Below, piece by piece: positions 1 to 12,930 of a stretch of 64,000 bases of DNA. The stretch lies in the NCBI RefSeq assembly GCF_048593235.1, contig NC_133622.1, forward strand, positions 242,079,198-242,143,197, read 5' to 3'. A program made the translations under genes and the position numbers. The notes below the pieces were generated by a model that had not been told where the DNA came from, did no database searches, and worked only from the letters and a program-made list of their open reading frames with translations. Source of the DNA: Sminthopsis crassicaudata (Eukaryota). How positions within the stretch are numbered: position 1 is the first letter of the stretch; each line of letters opens with the position of its first letter.

Positions 1-2082
1 GACTCAATTGAGTTTACATGTAATTGAAAACATAACAAAATGGAAAGAATACTGAATTAGTTGCCAAAAACCTTAAATTTAAAATTTTCTATCAAAAATC
101 ATTTATTAAGGTTCTACCATGTAATTAACACCAAGTCATGACTTTTAATTATCTGTTAAACTTGGTGTAAGACACATCTCTTAGCAATAGTTCACCTTAA
201 GTGGTTTGGAATAAATTATCTTCAAAATTACTTCCAGCCAGAAGTAAAATGCTCATAAAATAAAGGAAGGCATCTGTGTACCCATAATGCAATTATATTT
301 TATTATATTTTTGAAGTTTCTCTGCAACACATGGGACTTGCCTAAAATTAAATTTCTACAAGGTTATCAGTTTACCAGGAAGGTAAGTAATAGGTTTGCA
401 GTATACTCAATATTTATCATTGTTAGTAGCTACAGTAGTTGTAACATTCATTTTCCACAGTGAATGAGTTGTATACCTAGATATTTTCTTCCATTTTCCC
501 TACTCCCCCTTCATTGGCCAGGATCTGCCAGATAGGTTTTTTGAGAGGGTTGATCTTAACTTGCCAGGGATATACATGAAATGTACCAACAAATAGATCA
601 AATCAATTCTTTGAAAGAGGCAAGCAGATGTTACCACAATCTCTGCAATAAATGTAAAATATCATGAGAGATAAGTGAAGTATTTAAATTTCCAAGACTA
701 GAGTCTTTGGTACCTTCCTTTGACTTTACAGAATGCACTCTCTTTCTAGAGTCTGACAAGTTGTAGTTCAGCATAGTTATGGTGAAACTAGTTGTCAGAA
801 CTTAGAGAGAAGGTAAAGAGAAGAGAGATAGCAAGAAACAGAGACAGAGACAGACACATACACACACACATAGAGAAACAGGGATATTTTAGATAATTGT
901 ATCTAGCACTTGAGTAACATGAGTTGTATTTTATGTAATATAAACTCTTCCATAAATAAAATTTTGAGACATTAAGAAATTTGAGAGTCATAAACCCGCA
1001 TGTTGCTTTTCATATCAGAAGCTAAGCTCTAAGATCCAGAAGCTGAAGAACATATTTGCTAGCATTTAAAAGACATGTTTATTGGACAAGCATTAATTAA
1101 AACAGCTGTGTATAAAAAATTATTTTGAGGGGGTAGGGGGCCAGAGAAAAACAATGAAATCCTCTGCTTGTAAATAGCTATATTATATGGGGATAAGAGA
1201 AAAACATGTATAAAGTTAATATAAATACAGACACAAACAAATACAAACACATATGTGTGCATATGTGTATGTATGAACATGGGTGCATATATGCATTTGT
1301 ATATGTCTATCTGTACAGACATCATTCAATGAGTGCATGAGTGCCAGTAACACTGATCAAAGCCACTACAGAAGTTGTTTGGTCGATAAATTTGGTTTTT
1401 AGTCATGGCAAGTCTCTCTACGTTTTCTATGGTGACTCTTTAGCAACAGATACACAGTCACTGAAGTCATTCTGAAACCCTCTAGTATGATGGGACCTAC
1501 CTTAATCATACTGAATTTTATTATATCATAGAAAATCATATCATATTATATCATGCTTATTATAAAGATACATATTTCATTCAAAAAGTAAAAGGAATAT
1601 CCTTGTCACATTGAAGCAACAGAAGAAAACTTTGATGAAGAAAACAGGTGATTAATATATGTCATTTAGATGATTTTTTTTTTTTTGCAATCAAAGAAAG
1701 ATTGGGCTTTATGAAATCTTTCAGTAGATGAAATGAACCTGTAAAATGGCAAGATAGAAATCTTAATTTCCAGGATTGAGAAGTCACCAGTAGCAGTTTT
1801 AAAGAGAACTTTGGCAATTGGGAAATTGTAAATAATTGTTTCATTATTTGTTACAATAATTAATAGTTGTACTATTAACAGGAAGTTCATAAAAATGTAT
1901 TGAAAGATATTGTGAAGGTCATTTAAAATCTAGTAGAATTGTAGAGGGCTGACACTGTGAAAAAGGTGTGCTTGAATCAGACAATCTAGCCTTAAGGCTA
2001 ATTACCTATTTGATATGAGACAATGACTCTATTAGCATATGATTGAATAAATGGCTCTTGTCACAGTTTGGTGCTTACTAAA

Positions 2083-2335
2083 TGTTTGGTATTAAGATAA
2101 TCTCAGACAAGGATTTGTGGGCAGGATGAGACAAAGGCCAGAGAGTGACACTGTGGCAGGATGAGGAGGAGAGAAGTTGGAGATTTTGGACTGGAGAATC
2201 CGGCATACATCATTGGCTAGCCTTGTAGCAGTTTCCTCTGTCTCCTTCACTTCTCCCCCTAAAGACCAAAAACTTTAATTTATGCTGACTCTGGCTGACC
2301 CCGAGGCCCTCCAAGGAACTAGATTATACTTCACA
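2083..2335 (+). mobile_element. Partial ERV LTR (marsupial type), 3' portion ending ...CTTCACA
   Basis: GC-richer island in an AT-rich background. Its U3/R-like composition and 3' end (CTGACTCTGGCTGACCC...GGCCCTCC...ACTTCACA) resemble common dasyurid LTRs, from recall. The 5' boundary is approximate. Confidence 0.5.
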
Positions 2336-2579
2336 TAAAACAATGGAGTTGTCTTTCCCAAAAATAGTCTTAGAGTCATTTTACTCTATTAAATATTAAA
2401 AATGAACTAATTATTTGGGGACATGCATTGTGCTGATGTGTTCATGTGTGTGTGTATACATCTGAAAAAGAGAGACACAGAGAGGCAAACACAGAGACAT
2501 AGACTTAAAGAGAGAGCAAAGGCTTATGAAAAAAAAAAGATTTCTCTAATTATTTAAACATCAGATAGCTAAGCTACTC

Positions 2580-2765
2580 AATGAATAGAGTGTAGGGCTT
2601 AGAATAGGAGCACTCAATGACAATGTCATTAAATGACAAATCATTTAAGCTTGTTTGCCTCAATTTCTCCTTTGGAAAATTCCTGGAGAAGGGATTGGCA
2701 AATTTCTCCAAGATCTTTGCCCAGAAAATTTCAAAATGAGGTTGGACACAACTGAGAAGCAACAA
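2580..2765 (+). mobile_element. MAR1/MIR-type CORE-SINE, degraded
   Basis: CORE motif (AAATCATTTAAGCTTGTTTGCCTCAATTTCTC) followed by the MAR1-type tail (GGAGAAGGGATTGGCAAAT...ATCTTTGCCCAGAAAA...GGACACAACTGA). Confidence 0.65.
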
Positions 2766-3030
2766 AACATAAACCTAAAAAAACTAAACATAATTTTGGG
2801 GATAGCCCATCAAGTTTGCTATACTTTACACTTATTTTATCCTCACATTGAATCTCATTTCCTTCCCTTTCTCTTTTGTTCATTTTTCCTTCATTCATCC
2901 CACCTTTCTGTCCTTTCCATCACTTCTGTATTTTGTGAAAGTACTAGATAATTGTGATTCACTATATAATTTTTGAAGATTAATAGTAGCATTATTCAAC
3001 TTATGCTCTATTTCCATGTGGATTGACATT

Positions 3031-3102
3031 TGTTTTGTTTTGTTTTGTTTTCCTTTTTTGTCTTTTTCGTTTGTTTTGTTTTGTTTTGTTTTGTTTGTTT
3101 GT
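3031..3102. repeat. (GTTTT)n/(GTTT)n microsatellite overlapping the polypyrimidine tract of the OR splice acceptor
   Basis: Directly visible repeat, followed by TTTGTCCTGGCAG (AG at 3116-3117) and ATG at 3142. Confidence 0.85.
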
Positions 3103-3141
3103 TATTTGTCCTGGCAGGTACCTTATTTCAAAGTGACACAG

Positions 3142-4080
3142 ATGGCTGACAGGAATATCACTAGAATAATGGAGTTTGTTCTCTTGGGCTTAACAGAAAG
3201 CCCTCACCTACAGCGTGCCCTATTTGTGCCATTCTTCCTGATATATCTGATAACTGTGGTGGGTAATCTGTGGCTCATTGTATTAATTGGCTCCAGTTCC
3301 CAATTGCAATCTCCCAAATATTTTTTCCTCAGCCACTTGGCCTTCTTGGATTTCTGTTATTCTTCTGTCTGCATCCCTAAGTTGCTTGTGAATCTCTTAA
3401 CTGAGAGAAAAGTCATCTCCTACACTGGCTGCATCCTTCAGTTTGCCCTCTTCAGCATGTTCCTGACAACTGAATGTTTTCTTCTGGCAGCGATGGCCTA
3501 CGACCGGTACATGGCCATATGCAAACCTCTTTGCTACCAAGTCACTATGACCACCAGCCTCTGCTTGCGTCTGGTGGCTGGCTCCTATGTGTTTGGCTGT
3601 GTAACCTCACTCACTCACATGGGAAGCTTGCTTAGTTTGTCCTTTTGTGGCCCTAATATTATTAATCATTACTTCTGTGATATTGCAGTGCTCATTCATC
3701 TGGCCTGCTCTGATGTTCAGAGAAATGAGATTGTGCTCCTAATCTTCTCTGGTATAATATCAATAACTACCTTTCTAATAGTTATTTGTTCCTACCTAAG
3801 TATTTTACTCACTATTCTGAAGATCCCTTGTCCCCAAGGTAGATATAAAACTTTCTCCACATGTGCCTCTCACTTGACAGTGGTCACTCTATTCTATGCA
3901 ACAGTGATCTTTACTTATTTATGCTCCAATTCTGCCCATCCATCAGATTGGGCCAAAATCGTGTCTGTGTTTTATACTTTATTGTTACCAGTTCTTAATC
4001 TCCTGATATATAGCGTACGAAACAGGGAAGCCAAGGAAGCCCTGAGAAAAATGATACAGAGGAAAATACTTGCCCAATGA
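3142..4080 (+). CDS. Olfactory receptor, class II, family 5-like (OR5J/OR5F-like), 312 aa, intact ORF with atypical motifs
   Basis: Single-exon 7TM ORF with N-glycosylation site NIT, GN in TM1, MAYDRYMAIC, HYFCD and KTFSTCASHL. The real start is probably the ATG at 3142 (MADRNIT); the ORF-track start at 3016 only reads through the microsatellite. The subfamily is uncertain. Confidence 0.9.
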   Translation: MADRNITRIMEFVLLGLTESPHLQRALFVPFFLIYLITVVGNLWLIVLIGSSSQLQSPKYFFLSHLAFLDFCYSSVCIPKLLVNLLTERKVISYTGCILQFALFSMFLTTECFLLAAMAYDRYMAICKPLCYQVTMTTSLCLRLVAGSYVFGCVTSLTHMGSLLSLSFCGPNIINHYFCDIAVLIHLACSDVQRNEIVLLIFSGIISITTFLIVICSYLSILLTILKIPCPQGRYKTFSTCASHLTVVTLFYATVIFTYLCSNSAHPSDWAKIVSVFYTLLLPVLNLLIYSVRNREAKEALRKMIQRKILAQ

Positions 4081-5099
4081 ATAGGATTGAGCAAGTAATA
4101 ATCCAGAAGTCAACATATAACTCTGCTGCTAAATAAACTTTATGACTGCATGTTACCTAAAAAAATTAAAACAGTTAAATCTGACATTTAAGGCCTTCTA
4201 CAAACTAGCCACAAACAGTATACTGTGTTATATTAAGTTCCTTTATTGACTCGAAATTTACCACTAAAATGGGCTACTTTCTTTGCCTTAAATTTATACC
4301 AAGTTTGCTTCCATTTTTACCTTTGCACTTAATGCTTTGCCTTCCTCAAAAATCTCTCTATCCATTAAATCCAGCTGAAATCTTTCCTATCCTTCAAGAT
4401 CAGTTCTAAAGATTATTTGTACTATTGCTTTCCTTTTTTCTCAACAAACAGGAATCGCATCTTCTTCCTAACAATTCATAATACATGTTACATAATGTGA
4501 ATGATATTCAAGAATACAGATGTTGTATTATTATCTCCTTTCCCCATCATTTATCATTTGGAAGGGAAGAAGTAAGAGAAATTTAATGTTTAATAATATT
4601 AATATATTTTTCACTTTTATGTAAATAGGCAATGTTATAGAAATAATACTTTGTACACTATGTAAATATATGCATATATAATATTTGTAATTTTAAGAAA
4701 TATATTAAAATAATATGTGAAGTACATGAATACTGACACCTTTAAAAGCATTATATTAATTTATAAATACCTTATACATAGAATACATGGTAAATAATAT
4801 ATAAAGTACTTTGTAAACTATAAATACATATATATGCTCAATAGAAAGATAGATAAACAGATGGATGAAGAGATAGACACATAATGAATGGATGAATGAG
4901 TCAGAGAATTGAACACTAGACCTGGAACCAAGAAGATCTGAGTTCAAATACAGATTCAGACTCACTAATGAATTGTATGATCCCAAGTTAGTAACAATTT
5001 CTATGAATCAAAGGTTGAGTGATTTGATTTCTGCATTCTATAACCTGGAATTAAAGTCATATAAAAAATTAAAGTTAGAAAAACATCTTTTTTTCTGAG

Positions 5100-5290
5100 T
5101 TTAGATCTGGCCTAGATATGTGGCCATGCACAAGTCACTTAATCCTGTTTGCCTCAATTTCCTCATATGTATGAATGAACTAGAAAAGGAAATAGCAAAT
5201 CCCTTCATTACTTGAGACAACAATCCCCCAAAGGGAGTCCTAAGGTGTCTTACATGATTGAAAAAAATGATTAAACAATAACAAAGTAGT
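5100..5290 (+). mobile_element. MAR1-type SINE, degraded
   Basis: CAAGTCACTTAATCCTGTTTGCCTCAATTTCCTCAT core plus GAACTAGAAAAGGAAATAGCAAA tail. Confidence 0.65.
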
Positions 5291-5751
5291 ATCATCCAAT
5301 TTTTCTGTCAATAGTTCTTTAATCTGATCAGTTGTAAATTTACAACAATTTTGCACAACACACTTGTAGTATGCTCTGAACAAAGTATAGCAATATTATT
5401 GTTCATTTGTTTTAATCTAAGTATTCATTTCTAAAATTGAAAACCTAAAAGCATGCAGAATATGGCAATAAGGATGGTGAAGATCTTGACTCAACACTAT
5501 ATGAGGATCAGCTGATGTTTTGGGAAAAACAAAATCTAACTTGATGCTTGAAGAGAAAGGGGTCAGACTCAGGATATATTGGGTTCCTTCTCATTAGAGC
5601 TATTTACGTCACTAGGTGGTCACATGTTAGTAATGTTTTTGTAAGGATTCCTTTGAAATGGCATTGGACTACATTTCCACTGAGCTGCCTCATGATCTTA
5701 AAATCCATAATTGTGTATTGCTATGATTCACTTTAGTTTATAAAGTGTGTA

Positions 5752-5990
5752 TAGGAGTCAGCTGGGTAGTGAGGATGGAGTGCCAGTCCTGGATTCTGAA
5801 GGATCTAAGTTCAAATCCAGCCTAAGATACTGTCTGTATTACCCTGGGTAAGTCTGTTAACTTCTGGATAAATTAATTTCCTAACATGTAAAATGAGGAT
5901 AATAGGAGCATTTATGTTCTAGTCTTCTGAGGATCAAATGAAATAATAGTACAGTGCCTGGCACATAGTAAGTGCTATAAAATAATTAGT
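5752..5990 (+). mobile_element. MIR-type SINE
   Basis: tRNA-like head (GGAGTCAGCTGGGTAG...AGTTCAAATCCAG), core (TTTCCTAACATGTAAAATGAGGATAAT) and tail (GTGCCTGGCACATAGTAAGTGCT). Confidence 0.65.
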
Positions 5991-7039
5991 TATTAGCTTA
6001 TACATGTGACAGTGTTTATTAGCAAAGATCATGTTGGTCATGTTCCTTCCAGTAAATACCAAACAAAATATACACCAGGATTTTGAGTATGGTAGAATAT
6101 ACCAATTTCTTATTGTTGAAGTCAATTATTTTTCTTCACACAAAAGAGTGGCAATTATATTGGACTTAGTTGACTTTATATGACTAAGTAATCTCTGAAA
6201 TGGAGAGGACTTCAAACGCCTTTTAGCCCAAGTTATATATAAGCAGGAACTTTCTCTAAATCTTCAAAAAGAGTTCTCCAGATTTTTCTCAAAAACCTCT
6301 TTCAACTACAGGGGAACGCACTATTGTCAAACATAAGAGATATTATCTGTGGACAATTTTGTTTTTCTTTTTTCTTAATATAGATTAAATGTATCTTTTG
6401 AACTTTGTGGCAAGTGAAAAATGAAATAACTGAAGGAACAAAGGTACCTGCCAAGCACACAGATAAAGCAGCAAATGCTAATTGCCAAACTGGGACCCAA
6501 ATCCCTTCCTCAGCCTAGATCTGCACCCTGATAATAGGGAGAGACCGATTTTTAATACATCTAAAACAATTAACCACATAAAGCTAATTTTAAAAAGCCA
6601 ACAATGTTAGGTAATCTGATTTCTAACTGGAGCAAAGATCCAGGGACTTTCTAAATTCATTCAACAAAAGTGAACACAAATACAATTTTATGAATTTGGA
6701 TAAAGAGGTATCCCCTTCCTTCCATATGTCTATAAATAATCAAATAAACATGTAAACTATAACTGACTATCAATATGGGGCATATTTCAGATGTTTGAAA
6801 TGGATACTTATGACAAGACTTTTTGCATCAATCTTTAGATGGGACAGAGTATGTTTTCCTGAGCATAGATACTATGACTAAATGTTTAGTTGGCAGTACA
6901 ATAAAACATATATTTTCAAAAGATGAATTGCTTTTGAATAGCGCTTTCTTTTTCTTGAATGCGATATTGATTATGGGAATCTATATTTCAAGTTTACATT
7001 CATCCATATTGAATTAAAGTGAGTTCTATTTGAAGGAAA

Positions 7040-7680
7040 AAGGACCCACATGTATAAAAATGTTTGTAGTATCCCCCTTTTTTAATGACAAGGAATTGGA
7101 CAGTGAGAGGATGTCCATCAATTAAGGAATGACTGAATGTTGTGGTATAAGAATATAATGGCATATTATTTTTCTATAAGAACTGATCAGCAAGATGATT
7201 TATGAAAGGCCTATAGAGATTTACATGAACTGATGCTAAATAAAATGAGCAGAAGCAAGAGAACACTGCTATACAGAAACAAGATGTGATGATCAACTCT
7301 AATGAATATGGCTTTTTTCAAAAATAAGTTGATTTAGGCATATTCTAGTAGACATGATGAAGAGAGGCATCTGCATCCAGAAATAGGACTATGGGATTCA
7401 ATATGGAACACACCATGCTATTTTCACCTTTTTGTTGTTTTTTTCTTCTTTTTTTCATTTTTTCCCTTTTTGATTCTATTTTTCTTGGGCAGCTTGATAA
7501 ATGTGGAAATATAATCAGAAGAATTGCCCATGTTTAACCTATATTGGATTATTTACTGCCTAGGGGAAGGGGAAGGGAGGGAGAAAATATTTTGAACACA
7601 AAGTTTTGCTAAGGTCAATGTTGAAAACCATTTTTGCCATGAATTTTGAAAGTAAAAAGGCTATTATCAAAAAAATAAAG
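7040..7680 (+). mobile_element. L1 3' end fragment (ORF2 C-terminus plus 3'UTR), older marsupial subfamily
   Basis: AAGGACCCACATGTATAAAAATG..., GGCATATTATT..., G-rich tract GGGGAAGGGGAAGGGAGGGAG and A-rich tail, homologous to the other L1 3' ends in the window. Confidence 0.75.
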
Positions 7681-8159
7681 TGGGTTCTAAGTGGTCTACA
7701 ATTTGTCAAGATTGTTTTATGAATCTGATTATATCATCTAATACCCTAACTTATTCTTGAAGTTTAGGTCATCATATGCTTTATAACACTAGTAGAATTT
7801 CAAACATTGCATATATAGATAGTTTTTCACTTTATCTTTGTAACCCTAGAATTTAACAGAGTACTTTGTATATAGATGCCCTCAAGTCTTTGCTAGGTTA
7901 AATTTAATCCTATTTACCAATCTTATAAGAATATTGTTTATGGGTTTATCCATGCTAGAGTTAACAGAGCTGAAAACTTATGGTTAAAGTACAGAGCTAT
8001 GATGTACTTAGAGACAAGGCAACAAGCAGAAAAATAATATCTAATTCAAAGATACTGTGTATCAAGTACTATGCTACACATTAAGGACAGAGAGAAAAAA
8101 ATGTAATTATCTCCTCTCTTTAAGAGTTTACAGTTTATAAAAGAAGATAAAATGTATTA

Positions 8160-8394
8160 CTTGAAGTATATATAGGATACTATATATTATATGTGTGTAC
8201 ATATGTGTATATATACATATATATTTATGTGTGTATATACAGACATGCATATATGCATACATATATAATATATACATTCATATAATATTATATGCAAATA
8301 TGTAAATATATTTACATATGTGTATAAATTTATATAGATATATTTATACAATATTAATTGCAATGTTTCATATGTGTGTATGTGTATGTACACA
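8160..8394. repeat. TA/CA-rich low-complexity tract running into an assembly gap
   Basis: Alternating TA/TG/CA sequence up to the N-run. Confidence 0.8.
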
Positions 8395-8605
8395 NNNNNN
8401 NNNNNNNNNNNNNNNNNNNNNNNNNNNNNNNNNNNNNNNNNNNNNNNNNNNNNNNNNNNNNNNNNNNNNNNNNNNNNNNNNNNNNNNNNNNNNNNNNNNN
8501 NNNNNNNNNNNNNNNNNNNNNNNNNNNNNNNNNNNNNNNNNNNNNNNNNNNNNNNNNNNNNNNNNNNNNNNNNNNNNNNNNNNNNNNNNNNNNNNNNNNN
8601 NNNNN
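8395..8605. other. Assembly gap (N-run); further gaps at 9939-10157, 15433-15570, 30806-30987 and 49287-49465
   Basis: Runs of n in the sequence. Confidence 0.99.
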
Positions 8606-8849
8606 GTAATTTGTGGTTCAGTAGTAGTAGAAGTAAGGGAAAAGTAGAATTCAACAAAAGCCCCATCTGTGAGGAAAACATGAAATTATCTTTGAAGAAA
8701 AGAAGTTGCCTTAAGTAAGGCATTGCCCAATAAAAGTAGACATACTGGGCAAAAACACAGAGATTGATAATGGGATTTTTTTTTAATTAGTGATGATGAG
8801 AAGTTTTGACTACATACAAAGGTGTATTGGAGGATACTGTGTTGCACTG

Positions 8850-9060
8850 TTATATAGTATTTGCCTTGGTCAGACAGGAAAACTTAAGTTCCCATTTAAC
8901 TTCTGACAATAGTTGTATGACCCTGGGAAGTTTCTTAAACTCTATCTTCCTGGGTTTCCTGAGGGAGCTAATAATAATACCTAACTCTTAGGCATATTGT
9001 GAGAATCAAATGAAATAACTGTAGCATTTGACATAATGTTTGGCAAATAGTACTTCAATA
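8850..9060 (+). mobile_element. MIR-type SINE fragment
   Basis: TGTATGACCCTGGGAAGTTTCTTAAAC core and GAGAATCAAATGAAATAA...TTTGGCAAATAGTAC tail. Confidence 0.55.
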
Positions 9061-9139
9061 TAAATGACAGCCATATATTAAAGGGAGTGATTTATAATTC
9101 TAGAAGGTAGAGGGCCACTAGGTTTCCTAACATATTAAA

Positions 9140-9412
9140 TTTGTATTTGATCTTTGGTAGATTATTGGCCTTCGCTCTCAAATAGGGATGAAATGACATT
9201 ACTACATTGATGTCAGAGTACCGGGTATCTAATTAAGACATCATCAGATCAATAGAGCTGTACTGTCTGGACTAGCTCTTTGGAAGATCTCAGGACCAGC
9301 TTTGGTCTTAGTGGGGGAGTGAAGAAGGCAGGAGAACCACTAGGATGGACAGAGATGGAATGTGTCTGTTTCCAGTCCTTTCATCTCTTAAATATCTCAG
9401 TATGATTACATC
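9140..9412 (-). mobile_element. LTR fragment
   Basis: GC-richer island ending ...GATTACATCA on + (TGATGTAATC start on -). The composition resembles marsupial LTRs; boundaries are approximate. Confidence 0.4.
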
Positions 9413-11809
9413 ATTAGAGACTTAATTTGCCTCAGTTTTCTCAGTATAAAATGAGGATCCAAATAGCACCCACTTTTTAAGTGATAGCTGTAAAAAAAGT
9501 TTATTATTCTGACTGATACATACTACTTCTTACATAAATACTAGTGATATATTAAATATAAATTTATTAAATATATTATTAAATAATTTGAGAAATATTA
9601 TAAAATATTATGTATTCTTTAAAAGACAGGGGGTGACTAGATTGCATAATACATTAAAGTTTGTTTGATCCCAGAGGCAATTAAGAGCACATAGATCAGA
9701 CTGTTGGCTAGTTAGCTAGCCCGAATCCTGAACACTAATATGATTCTAAATCCTTTATTGTCCTAGATAGCCTGAAAAGAGACCTTTGATTGTTATTATT
9801 CATTGTATACTGTGTAGTTAATCAGTTGACATTGTGATGTGATAGAATAACTCTAAGCTGATTTACTAACCCTCCCTTAGGAGAATATTGTGCTATTTAC
9901 TTTTTAATTATTTTTTAATTAGGAAAAAAAAAAACAAANNNNNNNNNNNNNNNNNNNNNNNNNNNNNNNNNNNNNNNNNNNNNNNNNNNNNNNNNNNNNN
10001 NNNNNNNNNNNNNNNNNNNNNNNNNNNNNNNNNNNNNNNNNNNNNNNNNNNNNNNNNNNNNNNNNNNNNNNNNNNNNNNNNNNNNNNNNNNNNNNNNNNN
10101 NNNNNNNNNNNNNNNNNNNNNNNNNNNNNNNNNNNNNNNNNNNNNNNNNNNNNNNNNATTATGCTTGGGTTCTGGGAACACCTGGATAGGATTGACAGGG
10201 GAACACCACTTCTGAAAACCTTGTCTGCAAATAAATATGGAAATGTAGATATAGATATAAATATATAATTTTTAGACAGATGCCTGAGTATGGAGAAATT
10301 AAATGGCTTCCTGATGTACACATAATTACCTTGTGGTAAAAGCCAGAGTTGAGGCATTGAGGCAAGTTCTTCCTCATTACAGGATGAACAATCGATATAT
10401 CCCTTTTGGCTTAGGTCATCCTTAGGTGAATCTTTACTACTTTTTTATGCAAGAAATAAATATCCATGAATGTTACTTCAAGAAAAGACCTTTGGGTATA
10501 ATTAAAATGTTTTTTCTTTCATGGGAAAAAATCATATAATCAATTCCTTTGTGGGAAGATATTGAGAGATTTTGAGGGTTTTTTTTTTTTTTTTTAATAG
10601 CAAGAATCTAGATACTATAAAGACAATGTATGTGAATTATCTTGATGTACTGGCTGTTATAAATCATAAAAAGGAAGGAAAAATGAGCTTAGAGTATGTG
10701 TTCTTTAGTAATTCGGCCTTCAAAAGCAAAGAAGTTATTTGCTGTTTTTATTAATTTTTAGTCAGCTTTATCAAGCATGATTATATTTCCTTAAAACAGC
10801 AATTATCTTATCAAAACAATGATAAAATTTCAAATGAAATTCAATGTGAATAGCTCCCAAAACCATCCTCCTTGTCTTCATTGTCATCAACATCTTTATA
10901 TTTCTCAAGGCACTAACCTTCAAAGTTCTAATCTGAAGAAACCAAGCCTTTGCTGTAAGATTCAGTATTCAGAATAGTAGGTAAGACAAATAAGAACATA
11001 AAGGAAAAGTAATGATATCTAAAAAATTATGAGAGTTGTTTTCTTTCTAGCCATAGGGATAAAACCATTAATAGGAAAGTAAAGAAAAAAAATTTGTTGT
11101 GGGGAAGGTGAACATTAATTACTGACAAGTTGAGCAAGACTTGGTTAAGTATTTGTTAAATAGAATAATTGTGATCCTAGAGTGATCCAAATAATCTCAG
11201 AGTTTGGAAGAAATTTCCATGGCCACCAAATCCAATTCGTACCAGAATAAGACTCCCTATTTCATCAAACCAGGCAAGTGACTTTTCAATCTTTGTTGAA
11301 GGCCTTTAAAATGAAGGAGCCTACTTTCTCCAAAGTCAATCAGTTCTTTTTTTTTTTTTTTTTTTTTTTAAATAGTCCTCCTTTTAATTTAAGGAAAAAT
11401 ACCGGCAATTCCACAATATGGTATAATAAAAAAATCTGTAAAATGTTTCTTCTCACATAAAACCTAAATGTTTTTCTTTGCAAATTTTGCCCAGTATGCA
11501 TTTTTGGCATCAAATAGTAGTTTCATCTTTCTTTCTCATAATTTTCCTTAAATTTATATAAGCATGATCTTATTACCCCTCTTCCTAAATGGTACAACTT
11601 GGTTATTTCAAAATTCCCAATTCTTTTAACCTTTTTTCACATGACATAATCTGAACTGTCCTTATATGGATTCTTATATTTTATTTCTAAAATAAAGAGC
11701 AAAACCAAAGCAAATATAATGTATAATTTATAATTTTAAGTTTTTTTTCAAAATTAATAATATAATATCCTTGCAAGCATAAACTATGTTTTACTTTTGA
11801 ATTCCTCCT

Positions 11810-12060
11810 AAGGTTGTGCTGATAAATGTTTAACAATCAGATCTCCACATCCCTCCCCACACACAAAAAAAGTATGAATAACATACTTTATAGTTTAATT
11901 TGCACTGTTAACAATCTCTTCATCACTTCATTAAGTTTTTATCATCATTAAAACAATTAATTTAGCTCTTCTTTATGGCATCAATTTTCAGTGGGTAAAT
12001 GCTCACACAGAATATGTGTCAAACAGCTCATTTTAGCTGGCTTCATTACATGGCTGCCCA
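11810..12060. mobile_element. Degraded non-autonomous DNA transposon (hAT-like MITE); related fragment at about 52130-52270
   Basis: GTGCTGATAAATGTTTAACAATCAG...AGTTTAATTTGCACTGTTAAC...CATCACTT...AAATGCTCACAC recurs in part at 52150 (AAATTTAATCTGCATTATT...CATCACTTTTCATAAGTCT). The family name is uncertain. Confidence 0.45.
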
Positions 12061-12930
12061 TACCTAACACAGGTAATTTAATTCTATATAGATTATGCTC
12101 ATTAAATGTTTGTTAATTGATAAAGTAAACTAGCAATACTCTATTTACATCCATGTTAATATGATAAACATGCTTATAGTGACAGGTAGCCTTAGCTGCT
12201 CCAACCCCTATGCTCCATCCCAGCTCTTAGTACCTTCTCCTCTAAGATCACTTGCCCTATAACATGTGCATATCTTATATGTGTCTAGACATTGACCTTT
12301 TGCTTTTCTCAACAGAATTTAAGAGCTTTATTATCTTTCTTTGTAATCCTAGTACTTAGTACAGCCTGGAACATAGTAAAATCTTAAGAAATGACAAATA
12401 GATCAACTGATTACAGGAACTGATGATTGGTACTTAGAGTAGCAGAAGTGGAATTGGTTTATATGAGACATTTCATGGAACTCAGATAAGGAAATGATTC
12501 AACAGTGCACACTACTACCTGCCCAGGGATTTGTAAACTTGATGAATTATCTAGAGGTATCAAAAATATCTGTAACATTAAGGAATAAAACCGATATCTT
12601 CCTAAGTCTGAGATTAGTCCATTATCAATTCTTCACCCTTCCAATCTGCAAAACTAAAGCAAAGCCAAGGTAAGAGCTAGTTAATTATATCTCTGCATAA
12701 TGGTAAACCTCTGGTTTTTGATTTGGAGGTAGTTCATTAAAAATTTGTGAACTTATAGATTTCAATCTAGAAGATAACTAAAAGGTTAATAAGTTTAATA
12801 GTCAGATTTTAGAGTTGAAGAAAATGGAGTACATAAAAAAATTATCATAGAATATTGCAATATCCATGAATAATTGTAAAACTTTTTTTTTCAATCATCC
12901 ATTCCCATGTCCTGAGATAGCACCATCAAA

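Noticed and set aside
3016-3141. 42-aa hydrophobic N-terminal extension of the first OR (354-aa ORF)
   Set aside because: It is translated GTTTT microsatellite upstream of a good splice acceptor. The typical OR start with its N-glycosylation site is at 3142.
8187-10357. Long ORFs containing X runs (also near 15350, 30700 and 49250)
   Set aside because: Artefacts of reading through N gaps and low-complexity TA/CA sequence.
10158-10380. Weak resemblance of a minus-strand peptide (PQGNYVYIRKPF) to a retroviral integrase C-terminus
   Set aside because: Too short, adjacent to a gap, and with no supporting LTR or further motifs.
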